A DNA stretch of 64,000 bases, taken from assembly GCA_022824225.1 (NCBI GenBank), contig JAJEAH010000045.1, positions 13,110 to 77,109 on the forward strand. The letters run 5' to 3'. Origin of the DNA: Chloroflexota bacterium (GTDB lineage Bacteria; Chloroflexota; UBA11872; VXOZ01). Below, in pieces: positions 28,763-38,832 of this stretch. The notes below the pieces were generated by a model. The model did not search any database and was not told the DNA's origin. It saw only the letters and a list, made by a program, of their open reading frames with translations. Within the stretch, counting starts at the first letter, position 1. Each line of letters begins with the position of its first letter. Both the position numbers and the translations under genes were made by a program.

Positions 28763-29041
28763 TTACGGGCAACTGCCACCATTGCAATCGTAGAACGAGT
28801 ACTTAGGATGGCACGTTTGACCTGAGAGGCAATGTACTCCTTCTCGCACTAACTCCCTCGACTTCTTGTTGCTGGGGCAGCTGCTGTGGCAAGTGCCGAT
28901 GATGACATACCGGCTAGTTTCGCAAAAATACGGTCCCGAACAATGGGCGCTGGCAGACACAGCAACAGCAGCGAGACCAGTGAGAACAGCCGCACCACCG
29001 GTTGCGCGGGCTAGTCTGCCCAAGAATCCGCGTCGGTTCAT
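28763..29041 (-). CDS. Putative Tat-exported cysteine-rich mini-protein (8 Cys in a ~60-aa mature part)
   Basis: MNRRGFLGRLARATGGAAVLTGLAAVAVSASA equals a twin-arginine motif (RRxFLG) plus h-region plus ASA cleavage site. Mature part CX5CX10CX3CX15CX5CX8CX4C. Lower GC; no obvious Shine-Dalgarno. Confidence 0.35.
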   Translation of the reverse strand: MNRRGFLGRLARATGGAAVLTGLAAVAVSASAHCSGPYFCETSRYVIIGTCHSSCPSNKKSRELVREGVHCLSGQTCHPKYSFYDCNGGSCP

Positions 29042-29554
29042 GCCGGCTTTTGCCAGGCCGACGCTCGCTTTGCTATTTCATGCATGTTTCCTTTGCGGTC
29101 ATCATCACATAAAAGCCAATAGAGTCAAGTACCGAAGTACAGAAACTATTAGGAAGCACCAAAATTTGTGAAAGCAAGTCATGGATCTTATGGTGATGGC
29201 ACAGACTTTGATCCGCTCTAGTTGTACAAGTGTCGGCTCTATGATGGTTTGCTAACTCCCTGTTTTCCGTTTCCGCAATGGGAATCTGGCCATCTGGGAA
29301 TTCTCCAGCGTACGTTCTCGACGGCGTAAGACGCCCGCTTCGCCTGCGTAGTATCCTAAGAGAGAGCGCTCTTGCGGTATGTGCTGGTTTGGGCCTCTTC
29401 TAGGCCCCGATCATGAGCCGGGACGGCGTCCAAGAGCAGCGGCTGCGCCGCCAGAGTATTGGATGCGTCCGGCCTGAGGCCTGATCACCGGGGAGTGCGT
29501 TGTGTGGTTGGCGATTGCATTGTGGAAGACGAGTGAAGGATTAGGAAAGTCGAG

Positions 29555-30313
29555 ATGCCTGCACAGGGTCCGGCGCAGCGCGACCGTTTCGATGAACTCT
29601 ATCTGGCCACTTACGCCGATCTGATTGGCGATCGCTATACCGTGCCGGAGGTGGAGGCCATCGAGCGGTTGTTGGAGTTGCGGCCGGGGTCTACGTTGCT
29701 GGACCTGGCGTGCGGCCAGGGCCGCCATCTCATCCAACTGGGGATTCACGGCTACTCCGTCGTGGGGCTGGACCGCTCCGACGTGCTCATGCGCCAGGCG
29801 TACAAGGATGCGCGGGTGCGGGGCTTGGACGTGAACCTGGTGCAGGGCGACATGCGGGCCTTGCCGTTCGACCGCGCGTTCGATGGTGTAGTCAACTGGT
29901 TCACGGCGCTGGGCTACCTGGAAAGCGACGCGGAAGACCAGAAGGTGCTGCACGACGTGGCGGCGGTGTTGCGTCCCGGCGGGCGTTTCGTCATGGAAAT
30001 GGCGAACCCCATCCAGACCTACCAGAAGCAGGCCTGGGAGGACTCGGAAATCGCCTCCACCGGCTACACCATGCTGAACCGCAGCCGCATGGACTACGAG
30101 ACCGGCTACCAGCACACGAGCCGGGTGATCATCACCCCGGACGGCGAGCGCATCGAGCGCGAACTCAAGGTACGTGTCTACTTGCCCCACGAACTGTCGC
30201 GCATGCTCGCCAGCGCCGGCCTGGAGCGGCTCGACTACTTTGGCGGTTTGCACGGCGAACCGCTGACCCCGGAAAGCGGCCGGTTGATCTTGACGGCGCG
30301 CCGGCGAGACTAG
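29555..30313 (+). CDS. Class I SAM-dependent methyltransferase
   Basis: LLDLACGQGRHLIQLGIHGYSVVGLD motif I; paralog of 924-1673. Confidence 0.75.
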   Translation: MPAQGPAQRDRFDELYLATYADLIGDRYTVPEVEAIERLLELRPGSTLLDLACGQGRHLIQLGIHGYSVVGLDRSDVLMRQAYKDARVRGLDVNLVQGDMRALPFDRAFDGVVNWFTALGYLESDAEDQKVLHDVAAVLRPGGRFVMEMANPIQTYQKQAWEDSEIASTGYTMLNRSRMDYETGYQHTSRVIITPDGERIERELKVRVYLPHELSRMLASAGLERLDYFGGLHGEPLTPESGRLILTARRRD

Positions 30314-30379
30314 ACAGCCTGTGCGGTCCGGCGCAGACCGCGCTGCATAACCGACAAAGCTCTAGCGAGGAACAACTCA

Positions 30380-30852
30380 TGCGGCGGGCGATCGTGTGGA
30401 AGTCAGTCGTATACGGGGCCGGTATGGGTCTGGCGGTCCTGCTCCTGGTGGGCATACCCAGCGGCGTGATACCCAATCCGTTCTTCGTGCGTCCGCTGGA
30501 CGCCCGCGCCACGGACTTCGTCTTTCTCGGCGCGATGGCGGCGCTTGCGGTTGCGCTGGGCGCAACGTACGGCGTGCCCGCGGCCTGCCCGCCCCAGGAT
30601 GGAAAAGCCCTCGGCAGCGGGCTGTTGCTCTTCGTCGGCATTGGCTGTCCGGTATGCAACAAAGTGGTCTTGCTCCTGGTGGGCGCGACCGGCGCGGTGA
30701 CGTATTTCGAGCCGATCCAGCCGCTGTTTTCGCTGGCCGCATTCGCGCTCATGGCCGTTGCCCTGGCGCTGCGCCTGCGGGACATCAGGCGGTTTGGGAC
30801 AACGGCGCCTGCGGTTCCGGCGTCCGCGGCCCCGACACCCACGGAACAGTAG
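30380..30852 (+). CDS. Hypothetical 4-TM membrane protein with a CPVC motif
   Basis: Hydrophobic helices; GIGCPVCNKVV. Shine-Dalgarno GAGGAA. The longer ORF 29710..30852 overlaps the methyltransferase gene and is discounted. Confidence 0.45.
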
Positions 30853-31144
30853 CCCCGCCGCTAGGCGGGACCGGCGCGGATTCCCTTACGCCGTGTGGCG
30901 CGTGGGCGATGCCTGGGTCCCGCCTCCCGCCCAGCGCGACCTGACGCGCCAGTGGGAGAGACTGCTGCCGCGCGTAAGCCTTGGCGCAGACAACGCTCTG
31001 AAGCAAGTAGCGGGCAACCCACCAGCCCCGTTTCAGGTTCTTCGCGCCCTGCAACATCGCACTAACCTCACCGTAATGCCCTGGCACAGCGACTGGCGTA
31101 GTATGGACGCCAGCGAGACGTGCAAGCAGTCGTGAGAGGGAACC

Positions 31145-33016
31145 ATGAGGATAGGACATAGGCGCAGAACGTGGCTTACTTTGGTCTTGGCGGCATTGGT
31201 GGTTGTCTTTGCCCTCACGGGGTGTGGGGTCACGGAGACGGGTACAGAGCCAAGCGCAATTTCGGAACCGACAGCAGAGTCCGCTGCGGCCGCCACGGTG
31301 TCGCCCGCGGCTCAGGCAACGCCATTCCGGTTGACGATTCTTCACAATAGCGACGGCGAGTCGCAGTTGATCGATGCCGGCAGGGGGCGGGAGGACTTCG
31401 GCGGCGCGGCGCGCTTTGCCGCGCTCGTGCGGCAGTTGCGCCAGGCAGCGGAGGCGGACGGCGGCAACGTGCTTGTCCTTTCGGCCGGCGACAGCTATCT
31501 GGCGGGTCCCGAGTTCAGCGCCAGCCTCGATCGGGGCACGTTACCGTATTACGATACCATTGCGCTTGAACTCATCGGCTACGACGCCATCGCCATCGGC
31601 AACCATGAGTTCGACTTCGGCCCCGACGTCTTGGCGGACTTCATCGGCGGCTTCACGGCCCCGGTACCGTTCGTCAGCGCAAACCTGGACATCAGCGGCG
31701 AGCCGCGTCTGGCCGAATTGGCTGCGGCGGGCCGCATCGTTGCCAGTGTCGTGCTGGATGTCGGCGATGAGCGCGTTGGCATCGTTGGGGCAACCACCCC
31801 GGGGCTGCCTTACCTATCCATCCCGCGCAACGTGCGGGTTTCGGCGGATGTGGCGGCGCTGGTCCAGCGGGAAGTGGACGCCCTCACATTTGCGGGTGTA
31901 AACAAGGTTATCCTCATCAGCCACGTGCAGGGCTTGGATGGGGACGTGGCGCTGGCGGAACGTCTGCACAGCATAGACATAACGATTGCGGGCGGCGGCG
32001 ATGAGTTGCTGGCAAGCGCCGACGACGCGCTGCTCCCGGGGGATGAAGAACAGATTCGCGGCGCCTACCCGCTCATCGTGCAGGACAGCCGCGGCCAGGA
32101 CGTGCCCGTGGTCGTTGTGCCGGGCGGCTATACCTATGTGGGGCGCCTGATCGTAGAATTCGACGCTCACGGCGAATTGACCGGCATCGATCCGGCAAGC
32201 GGACCGGTGCGCGTGGTCGGCGGCAACCACCCGGATGCCGTGACCCCGGACCCGCTGGTGCAGGAACAGGTGGCGGCGCCGGTGGCGGGCTACCTGGAAG
32301 GGCTGGCGGCAACCCCGGTAGGTACAACGGAAGTGCTCTTGGACGGCCGGCGGAGCGCCGTACGTTCGCAGGAAACCAATGAGGGTAACCTCATCGCCGA
32401 TGCCATCCTCTGGCAGGCGAACGAGCTTGCCGGGGAATACGGCGCGCCGCCGGCTACGGTAGCCCTACAGAACGGCGGCGGCATCCGCAACAATAACGTA
32501 CTGCCGGCGGGCACGGTGTACGAGGTGGACGTCTTCAGCATGGCGCCGTTCCCGAATTTCATTGCCATCGTGCCCGAGATACCGGCGTCGCAGTTCAAGG
32601 AGATTCTGGAAAACGCGGTCTCCCGCGCCGAGCACGGCGCCGGCCGCTTCCCGCAGATCGCGGGCTTTCGCATGACCTGGGACCACAACGGCACGGCGCA
32701 GACCCTCGATGAAAACGGGCAGGTGAGCACGGCGGGAACCCGCGTACGGGACGTGCAGCTTGCCGACGGCACGTGGCTCGTGCGGGAGGGCAGCATCGTG
32801 GATGGGGCTGGTCCCGTGCACGTGGCGACGCTTGACTTTCTCGCACGCGGCGGCGACGAATATCCCTTCCGGCGCGCGGCGTTCGTGTCCCTGGGCGTCA
32901 CGTATCAGCAGGCGATTAGCAACTACGTTGATCAGGCGCTCGGCGGCGTGATCTCTGTCGAACAGTACCCTGAAGGTGGTGAGGGCCGCATAGTTGCCGT
33001 CGACTCAGGGGAGTAG
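31145..33016 (+). CDS. 5'-nucleotidase / UshA-like bifunctional metallophosphatase lipoprotein
   Basis: Lipobox LTGCG, calcineurin-like motifs (ILHNSDGES, GNHEFD) and a C-terminal 5'-nucleotidase domain. Confidence 0.8.
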   Translation: MRIGHRRRTWLTLVLAALVVVFALTGCGVTETGTEPSAISEPTAESAAAATVSPAAQATPFRLTILHNSDGESQLIDAGRGREDFGGAARFAALVRQLRQAAEADGGNVLVLSAGDSYLAGPEFSASLDRGTLPYYDTIALELIGYDAIAIGNHEFDFGPDVLADFIGGFTAPVPFVSANLDISGEPRLAELAAAGRIVASVVLDVGDERVGIVGATTPGLPYLSIPRNVRVSADVAALVQREVDALTFAGVNKVILISHVQGLDGDVALAERLHSIDITIAGGGDELLASADDALLPGDEEQIRGAYPLIVQDSRGQDVPVVVVPGGYTYVGRLIVEFDAHGELTGIDPASGPVRVVGGNHPDAVTPDPLVQEQVAAPVAGYLEGLAATPVGTTEVLLDGRRSAVRSQETNEGNLIADAILWQANELAGEYGAPPATVALQNGGGIRNNNVLPAGTVYEVDVFSMAPFPNFIAIVPEIPASQFKEILENAVSRAEHGAGRFPQIAGFRMTWDHNGTAQTLDENGQVSTAGTRVRDVQLADGTWLVREGSIVDGAGPVHVATLDFLARGGDEYPFRRAAFVSLGVTYQQAISNYVDQALGGVISVEQYPEGGEGRIVAVDSGE

Positions 33017-33174
33017 CGGGGCCGGCGGCGGGCAGCAGCCATTTGCGCTCCGCCGGACCGATAGTACTGGAATCAAACAGGCAGGTCGCCAATGGTGGAG
33101 GCCTGCCTGTCGGTTTAGCAATGGACGCTGTGGCGCAGTGGCGTGGCACGTGTACAGCTTGGCGCGGGGCCAGG

Positions 33175-33414
33175 CTATTCGATGTTGATGCGCTCCGCCT
33201 TATCTTGCTTGGCTTTAGCGGTGGTCTGGATGCGGATGTCCACGCCCCGGCGAATGAAGTCCAGCAAGGCGTTCGCCTTCTCGCTGACCTTCTCTTGCAG
33301 GTTCTCGAAGGCGTCACCGGGGGAACTGCGCACCTCGATGGTGACGCGGAAGAATGGCTGGTCTGCGGAATTCTTGGGCGCGGCGCCGTTGCCGCTATTA
33401 GTCGTGTTTTCCAT
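33175..33414 (-). CDS. Hypothetical small protein (79 aa)
   Basis: Strong Shine-Dalgarno (AAGGAG 7 nt upstream). Sequence MENTTNSGNGAAPKNSADQPFFRVTIEVRSSPGDAFENLQEKVSEKANALLDFIRRGVDIRI; family not recognised. Confidence 0.45.
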   Translation of the reverse strand: MENTTNSGNGAAPKNSADQPFFRVTIEVRSSPGDAFENLQEKVSEKANALLDFIRRGVDIRIQTTAKAKQDKAERINIE

Positions 33415-33638
33415 GGCGTTTTCTCCTTGGTGCGTAAAGCTACTGTTCAGGGCGTACGGCCGCGGGGTGTCGCGTACGGACGAGCCCTCCACGTCACCGT
33501 TTCCTCTCCCGCGCAATAGCTGCCGTCAATCCAATCTCTACATTCAATTATAAACATGTCTGGCCAGGAGATGCAAGATATGTCAAAGATATTCTTTAAA
33601 AAATGAACTACTTAGCCAAGCTGCGGCGCAGACGGCGC

Positions 33639-34370
33639 CTATTTGCCCAAAGAGGCCGCGTGCACCGCTGCCACTCTGGCGAGCACTGCCGCCGCTTCCT
33701 GCTCAAGCGTGAGTTGAGTGGTGTCGAGCACGAGGGCATCGGGGGCTTGCGTCAGTGGGGCCGCGTCGCGGCTGCTATCGATGTGATCGCGAGCACGGAG
33801 ATTCTCGGCGACAGCCGTTGTGGCGACCGCTGTTCCGCGCTCCGCCAGTTCCTGCTGGCGGCGGCGCGCGCGGGTTGCCAGATCGGCTACCAGAAAGACC
33901 TTCACCTCAGCTTCCGGGCAGACCACCGTGCCGATGTCGCGTCCCACCATCACCACGCCCTTCTGCCGGGCTAAGCGCTGTTGGAGTGGCAGCAGGGCCG
34001 CGCGCGCTTCCGGTTGGGCGGCGACCGGCGACACGTTGGCGTCAACCTCCGGCGCGCGAATGGCCGCGGTGACGTCCTCACCGCCGAGCCGGAGGGTGAA
34101 CGGAGGTTTGGGTGTGTCTTTGCCGTCGTCGCTCGGGGGCGGCGCGAAGCGAATATCCAGCGTCCTCGCCAGCGCGGCCAGCGCGAGGCCGTCGTCGACC
34201 GGCGTCTGCGCCCGCAGGGCGGCCAGGGCCAGCACACGGTAGAATGCGCCGGTGTCCACAAAGAGGTAGCCAAGCCGCGCGGCTAGCAGGTTGCCCAGCG
34301 TGGTCTTGCCCGAACCGGCGGTGCCGTCGATGGCAATGGTGAGGCGCGGCTTACCGGCGGACACTGCCAT
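33639..34370 (-). CDS. cmk: Cytidylate kinase
   Basis: IAIDGTAGSGKTTLGNLLAARLGYLFVDTGAFYR matches the Cmk N-terminus. Confidence 0.8.
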   Translation of the reverse strand: MAVSAGKPRLTIAIDGTAGSGKTTLGNLLAARLGYLFVDTGAFYRVLALAALRAQTPVDDGLALAALARTLDIRFAPPPSDDGKDTPKPPFTLRLGGEDVTAAIRAPEVDANVSPVAAQPEARAALLPLQQRLARQKGVVMVGRDIGTVVCPEAEVKVFLVADLATRARRRQQELAERGTAVATTAVAENLRARDHIDSSRDAAPLTQAPDALVLDTTQLTLEQEAAAVLARVAAVHAASLGK

Positions 34371-35205
34371 CCGTTCCTGCTTCCGTTGACGCCGGAGAAC
34401 GTCGCGCTCGTTTGGTGTACGGCGTTGCCGCGTGTCCCGCGTTTCGCGATGCCAGGCGCCGGGCCTCAGCTTGACCCTCAGTCCGCGCGCGCCGCGGCGT
34501 CCGCCAGTGGCCAATCTCCGCCTCCGTCAGCGGGCGCAGCTTGCCTGGCCCCAGACTGCCCAAGCGCACCGGTCCGATGCGCACGCGAATCAAGCGCGCC
34601 GCCCGCTTGCCGACCGCCGCGAGCATCCGGCGGATTTGCCGTTTGCGTCCCTCGGTAAGGGTCATGGCAAGCCACGTTGCCTCACCTTCGGTTTTCGTAA
34701 CGCGCACGCTCACGGGATTGAGTCGATACCCGTCCAGGACCAGCGGCCCCCGCAGCGCATCAAGCTGGCGCGGGGAAAGCGCGCCGTACACCAGCACCGC
34801 ATACTCTTTCTCACCGCCGTACCGGGGATGGGCAACGCGGTGCGCCCACTCGCCGTCGTTGGTAAGGAAGAGCAGGCCTTCGCTCCGGCTGTCCAGACGG
34901 CCCACGGGAGCTAGGCGCGGGAACTGCGCCGGCAGGAGATCGCAGACGGTGGGCCGGCCGTGGGGGTCGTCGCGGGTGGTGAGATAGCCAACCGGCTTAT
35001 GCACGGCCACGTAGGTGGGGGCCTGTGGCGGTGAAACGACCTTGCCGTCTAACGAGACCGTGTCCGCCGCCGGTACTACCTTGGCGCCAAGTTGCGTAAC
35101 CTGCTTGCCGTTAACGCTGACCCGGCCCTGGGTAATGAGGCCCTCGGCGCGGCGGCGTGATGCTACCCCACTGCGCGCCAGGTACTTTTGGAGTCGTTCT
35201 TGCAT
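34351..35205 (-). CDS. rluB: RsuA/RluB-family pseudouridine synthase with S4 domain
   Basis: RLQKYLARSGVASRRRAEGLI (S4), GRLDSRSEGLLFLTNDG catalytic Asp, and an Arg-rich C-terminal tail. Confidence 0.8.
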   Translation of the reverse strand: MQERLQKYLARSGVASRRRAEGLITQGRVSVNGKQVTQLGAKVVPAADTVSLDGKVVSPPQAPTYVAVHKPVGYLTTRDDPHGRPTVCDLLPAQFPRLAPVGRLDSRSEGLLFLTNDGEWAHRVAHPRYGGEKEYAVLVYGALSPRQLDALRGPLVLDGYRLNPVSVRVTKTEGEATWLAMTLTEGRKRQIRRMLAAVGKRAARLIRVRIGPVRLGSLGPGKLRPLTEAEIGHWRTPRRARTEGQAEARRLASRNAGHAATPYTKRARRSPASTEAGTDGSVRR

Positions 35206-35371
35206 GACGTGTAGTATACAGGGTCGCCGGGCCGCGCCGGGGACTACGCTCCTCACAAGCGCGGCCCATCGTCCGGCCTCGCTGCGCGTTGACAGCGTCG
35301 GCGGCCTCATGCTACGTTCTGCCCGTTACTATTGAGAACTACACCGAGCAAGACAGCAGGAGAAGACTCTC

Positions 35372-36172
35372 ATGAAGGTACACCTTGGGTGCTTCAGCCG
35401 GCCGTGGACGAAGTACGCGCTGGAAGTTTCCATGGAAGGCACGGCGCAGGCGGGCTTCCAGTACTTTGGCTTCATGACGGCGGGGGACGGGCCGCCACTG
35501 CCGCCCAATGCCTCGGACGATCAGGTGAGCAAGCTCGCCGGCTTGCTTGAGAAATACAACCTGAAGAACCTGGAGAACTACACGAGCATTCCCTGGGGCG
35601 ATGAAGCCGTGGCACGCTCCGCGCTGCACAGCTACGTGGATAACAGCCACACGCTGGGCGCGACCTTCATGCACAATAGCGGCACGAACGACGAGGCGCT
35701 CTACGACCAGTTCCTGGCGCTGATGGAAGAGGCCGCCGAATATGCCAAGAGCAAGGGCATTGTGGTCATGATGAAGCCCCACGGCGGCGTGACGGCGACG
35801 GCCCGCGGCCTGGTGGCGCTGATGAAGCGGATCAATTCCGACAACTTGAAGGTCTTCTACGACCCCGGCAACGTACTCTTCTACACTGGCGAGCGACCGG
35901 AAGACGATTTTGAGGAACTCGCACCGCACGTGGCGGGCATGTCCATCAAGGACGAGACCGGGGGCGTCGGCGGCTCTGTGGACGTGACCCCGGGCGATGG
36001 CGACGTGGACTTCCGGACGCTCTTTACCATCCTGCGCGACCACGACTTCGACGGGCCGTGCATGATCGAACAACTCGGCGAAGGCAGCATAGAGGAAGTC
36101 CATCACGAGGCAACGCGCGGCCGCCGGTACCTGCTCGATCTCTTGGATGATCTCGGCGCCGACGTGGACTGA
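35372..36172 (+). CDS. Sugar phosphate isomerase/epimerase (xylose isomerase-like TIM barrel)
   Basis: Family pattern; Shine-Dalgarno AGGAGAAG. Confidence 0.7.
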   Translation: MKVHLGCFSRPWTKYALEVSMEGTAQAGFQYFGFMTAGDGPPLPPNASDDQVSKLAGLLEKYNLKNLENYTSIPWGDEAVARSALHSYVDNSHTLGATFMHNSGTNDEALYDQFLALMEEAAEYAKSKGIVVMMKPHGGVTATARGLVALMKRINSDNLKVFYDPGNVLFYTGERPEDDFEELAPHVAGMSIKDETGGVGGSVDVTPGDGDVDFRTLFTILRDHDFDGPCMIEQLGEGSIEEVHHEATRGRRYLLDLLDDLGADVD

Positions 36173-36244
36173 CCGGTTGAATTACGACGGCAGAACAGGA
36201 CATAAATCTTAGGACGACGGTGTACCAAGGGGGTATGAGGCAGC

Positions 36245-36973
36245 GTGGGCAGACTGAATGACATGGTGGCCGTGGTTGGCGGCGCCAGCACCGGTATGGG
36301 CGCGGCGACGGCACGGCTCTTTGCGCAGGAAGGCGCCAAGGTGGTCGTGGCGGCGCGCAGCACAGATAAACTCTTTGCCCTGGTGGCAGACATTGCTGAC
36401 CACGGCGGCGAGGCTTTGGCGGTAGCAACGGACGCCAGCGACCGCGCCGCGGTGGCGGCGTTGGCCGAACGCACGCAAGAGCAGTACGGCCGCATCGACG
36501 TGCTGGTCAATAGTGTGGGCACGAATATCAAGAACCGCGCGTTCAGGGAGATGCGGCCGGCGGACTGGGACATGATGATTGCCCACAATCTCACGGTGGC
36601 CTACAACCTGGTGGACGCGTTCCTGCCGGTGATGCGCGCGCAGGGCGCCGGCACCATCATCCACTACTCATCAGACGCCGTGCAGAAGCCCAACGTCGTC
36701 TCCGGCATCGCCTATCAAGCCACGAAACACGGCGTGCGCGGACTGGCCCACGGCACCATGGCGGAAGAACGAGAGCACGGCATTCGGTGTTCGGTAGTTT
36801 TCCCCGGCCCCTGCGAGACGCCGCTGCTGGACAAACGACCGGAGCCGCCGCCGCCGGAGGCCTTTCCCAAAATGCTCCAACCGGAGGACGTGGCAGAAGC
36901 GGCGCTCTTCATCGCTTCGCTGCCGCCCCGCGCGTTTGTGCCCGAACTGGTGCTCGGCGCCAGTACGATGTAG
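36245..36973 (+). CDS. SDR-family short-chain dehydrogenase
   Basis: VVGGASTGMGAATAR (TGxxxGxG) and catalytic YQATK (YxxxK). Confidence 0.8.
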   Translation: MGRLNDMVAVVGGASTGMGAATARLFAQEGAKVVVAARSTDKLFALVADIADHGGEALAVATDASDRAAVAALAERTQEQYGRIDVLVNSVGTNIKNRAFREMRPADWDMMIAHNLTVAYNLVDAFLPVMRAQGAGTIIHYSSDAVQKPNVVSGIAYQATKHGVRGLAHGTMAEEREHGIRCSVVFPGPCETPLLDKRPEPPPPEAFPKMLQPEDVAEAALFIASLPPRAFVPELVLGASTM

Positions 36974-37129
36974 ATTGCGCGCGGGGGAATGCCCTGGGGG
37001 CCGGACGATTGGCCAAGCGCCCACGGCAAACCTCTGTGCCATGCCCATGACAGGCAGGGAAGCTAGCGATTCGGCATTCTTGCGTTGATGGATAGGAGCC
37101 GCGATTAGTAGGTATTGACTTAGGCTGCA

Positions 37130-37310
37130 CGGGTATGGGTGTCAACGTGAACGGCTGCTCCCCGAAATGTCATTCTGAGGAGTGCGGCTGACATGTCATT
37201 CTGAGGAGTGTAGCGACGAAGAATCTAGAGTCGGGAGCAGTTTAGATTCCGCGTCTTTGACAAAATCAGCGAACCCTATTCGACGCTGCGCTCGGAATGA
37301 CATGAGATCT
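37130..37310. repeat. Repeat composite: 2x tgtcattctgaggagtg plus a ~70-bp element (ttagattccgcgtctttgacaaaatcagcgaaccctattcgacgctgcgctcggaatgacatgagatct)
   Basis: The ~70-bp element recurs at ~47568-47640 (~85% identity), with a partial inverted copy at 338-360. Confidence 0.6.
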
Positions 37311-37339
37311 AGCCCAACAAGGTGATCAAGTCAAAAGCT

Positions 37340-37510
37340 ACTGATTCCCATAGGAGCGCCAGTAGCACAGGTTTGCAGCCTGTGTCCGGCAGCATAGGTT
37401 TGCAACCTGTGCCGGGCAGCACAGGCCTGCAACCTCTGCCCGGTAGCACAGGTTTGCAACCTGTGTCCGGTAGCATGGGGTTTGGAACCCGTGTCCGGTC
37501 CCCTGGTTTG
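37340..37510. repeat. Tandem array of five ~24-bp REP type B hairpins, in the opposite orientation to the 23.6-24.1 kb array
   Basis: Reverse complement of GCAGGTnnCAAACCTGCGCTACCGG; each unit is palindromic (acaggtttgcaacctgt). Confidence 0.65.
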
Positions 37511-37853
37511 GTGCGCTCGTGCCACACTGCGGCCCGATGGCGAAAGTTGCGCGCGCGTCCCGCGCGGACCTACGCTTCCCTTCAGTGCGATCGTGTTGGA
37601 CTACCAGGGTATACCGACAGGGCGCGCCTGAGAACAACGCAGAATCCGGCGCGAAGTTAGCTTCCGTTCGCCCCCGTATTAGGTACGGGGCAGGCTCTGA
37701 GCACTCCAGCAAGCTCAGTACAGGTTTGTCTTAAGGTGAACGGAAGCGCATTCACAGACCCCAACATCGGATCCCTTCAAGTCTCGACGAGGAATCTCGC
37801 CGATGCCGACGTTTCGGGATTGGGGATCGTTGGTCTACGCATGAGATAGTGCA

Positions 37854-38819
37854 ATGTCGGAATCTGCAGCGCCAGAATCTCTTGTCACCATTGTTGGCCC
37901 AACGGCAACGGGGAAGACCGCGCTCGCCGTCTCGCTGGCGGCGGAATTTGACGCGGAGATAGTCAGCGCGGATTCGCGCCAGGTCTATCGCGGCCTGGAC
38001 ATCGGCACGGCCAAGCCGACTGCCAAAGAGCGCGCGCAGGCGCTCCACCACGTTCTGAACGTCGTCGATGCGGATGACACTTCGTTCTCGGTTGCGGTGT
38101 GGCGCCGCCATGCGGAGGAGGCATTGGCAACCATCGCTGCGCGGCGCAAACAGCCGTGGCTCGTGGGCGGTACCGGGTTGTATGTGCAGTCCATCGTAGA
38201 CGGCTTGGTGTTCCCGGACGTGCCGCCCCAGCCCGAACTGCGCGCTGAGTTCGAGCGCACGTTGAATCAAGAGGGCATAGACGCGCTGGTCGCGCGCCTG
38301 CGGCGGCTGGACCCGGTGGCGGCTGCGCGGGTCGATGTGCGCAATCCCCGGCGGGTGATCCGCGCCTTGGAAGTTTGCCTCGTAACCGGCAAGCCATTCT
38401 CGGCGCAGCGCGGCCAACGCCCCCCAACATATCCAGTCCTGCAAATCGGTCTGCGCACCGACCGCGATAGCTTGTATCGGCGCATTGACGAGCGCGTCGA
38501 TCGTATGATCGCGGATGGCTTCGCGGCGGAGGTTGAAAGGCTCCTCGACCGGGGCGTAACCACCGATCTGCCCAGCATGCAGAGCGCCGGCTATCGCCAG
38601 CTTGCTGACTATCTCTGTGGAAATTGTACCTTGGCGGCTGCTATCCAGCAGACCAAGTACGCCACCCACCAGCTTGCCAAACGCCAAGAGACTTGGTTCC
38701 GTAAACAAAAGGGCATACAATGGATAGAGGTAGGCGCTGATGCCGTAGGAGCTGCGAGGGAGCGGATAGAAGAGTTCAGCGGGGAACGCCAGCGGCGACA
38801 CGGAGAAATCGCCAATTGA
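37854..38819 (+). CDS. miaA: tRNA dimethylallyltransferase
   Basis: IVGPTATGKTALAV (P-loop), ...SADSRQVYRGLDIGTAKP matches MiaA. Confidence 0.85.
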   Translation: MSESAAPESLVTIVGPTATGKTALAVSLAAEFDAEIVSADSRQVYRGLDIGTAKPTAKERAQALHHVLNVVDADDTSFSVAVWRRHAEEALATIAARRKQPWLVGGTGLYVQSIVDGLVFPDVPPQPELRAEFERTLNQEGIDALVARLRRLDPVAAARVDVRNPRRVIRALEVCLVTGKPFSAQRGQRPPTYPVLQIGLRTDRDSLYRRIDERVDRMIADGFAAEVERLLDRGVTTDLPSMQSAGYRQLADYLCGNCTLAAAIQQTKYATHQLAKRQETWFRKQKGIQWIEVGADAVGAARERIEEFSGERQRRHGEIAN

Positions 38820-38832
38820 GGAGAAGCGAACG

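Noticed and set aside
29710-30852. 380-aa ORF spanning the methyltransferase gene in another frame
   Set aside because: Only the last ~157 aa (from the ATG at 30380, with a GAGGAA Shine-Dalgarno) form a plausible membrane protein. The upstream part is an Arg/Gly-rich shadow of the methyltransferase gene.
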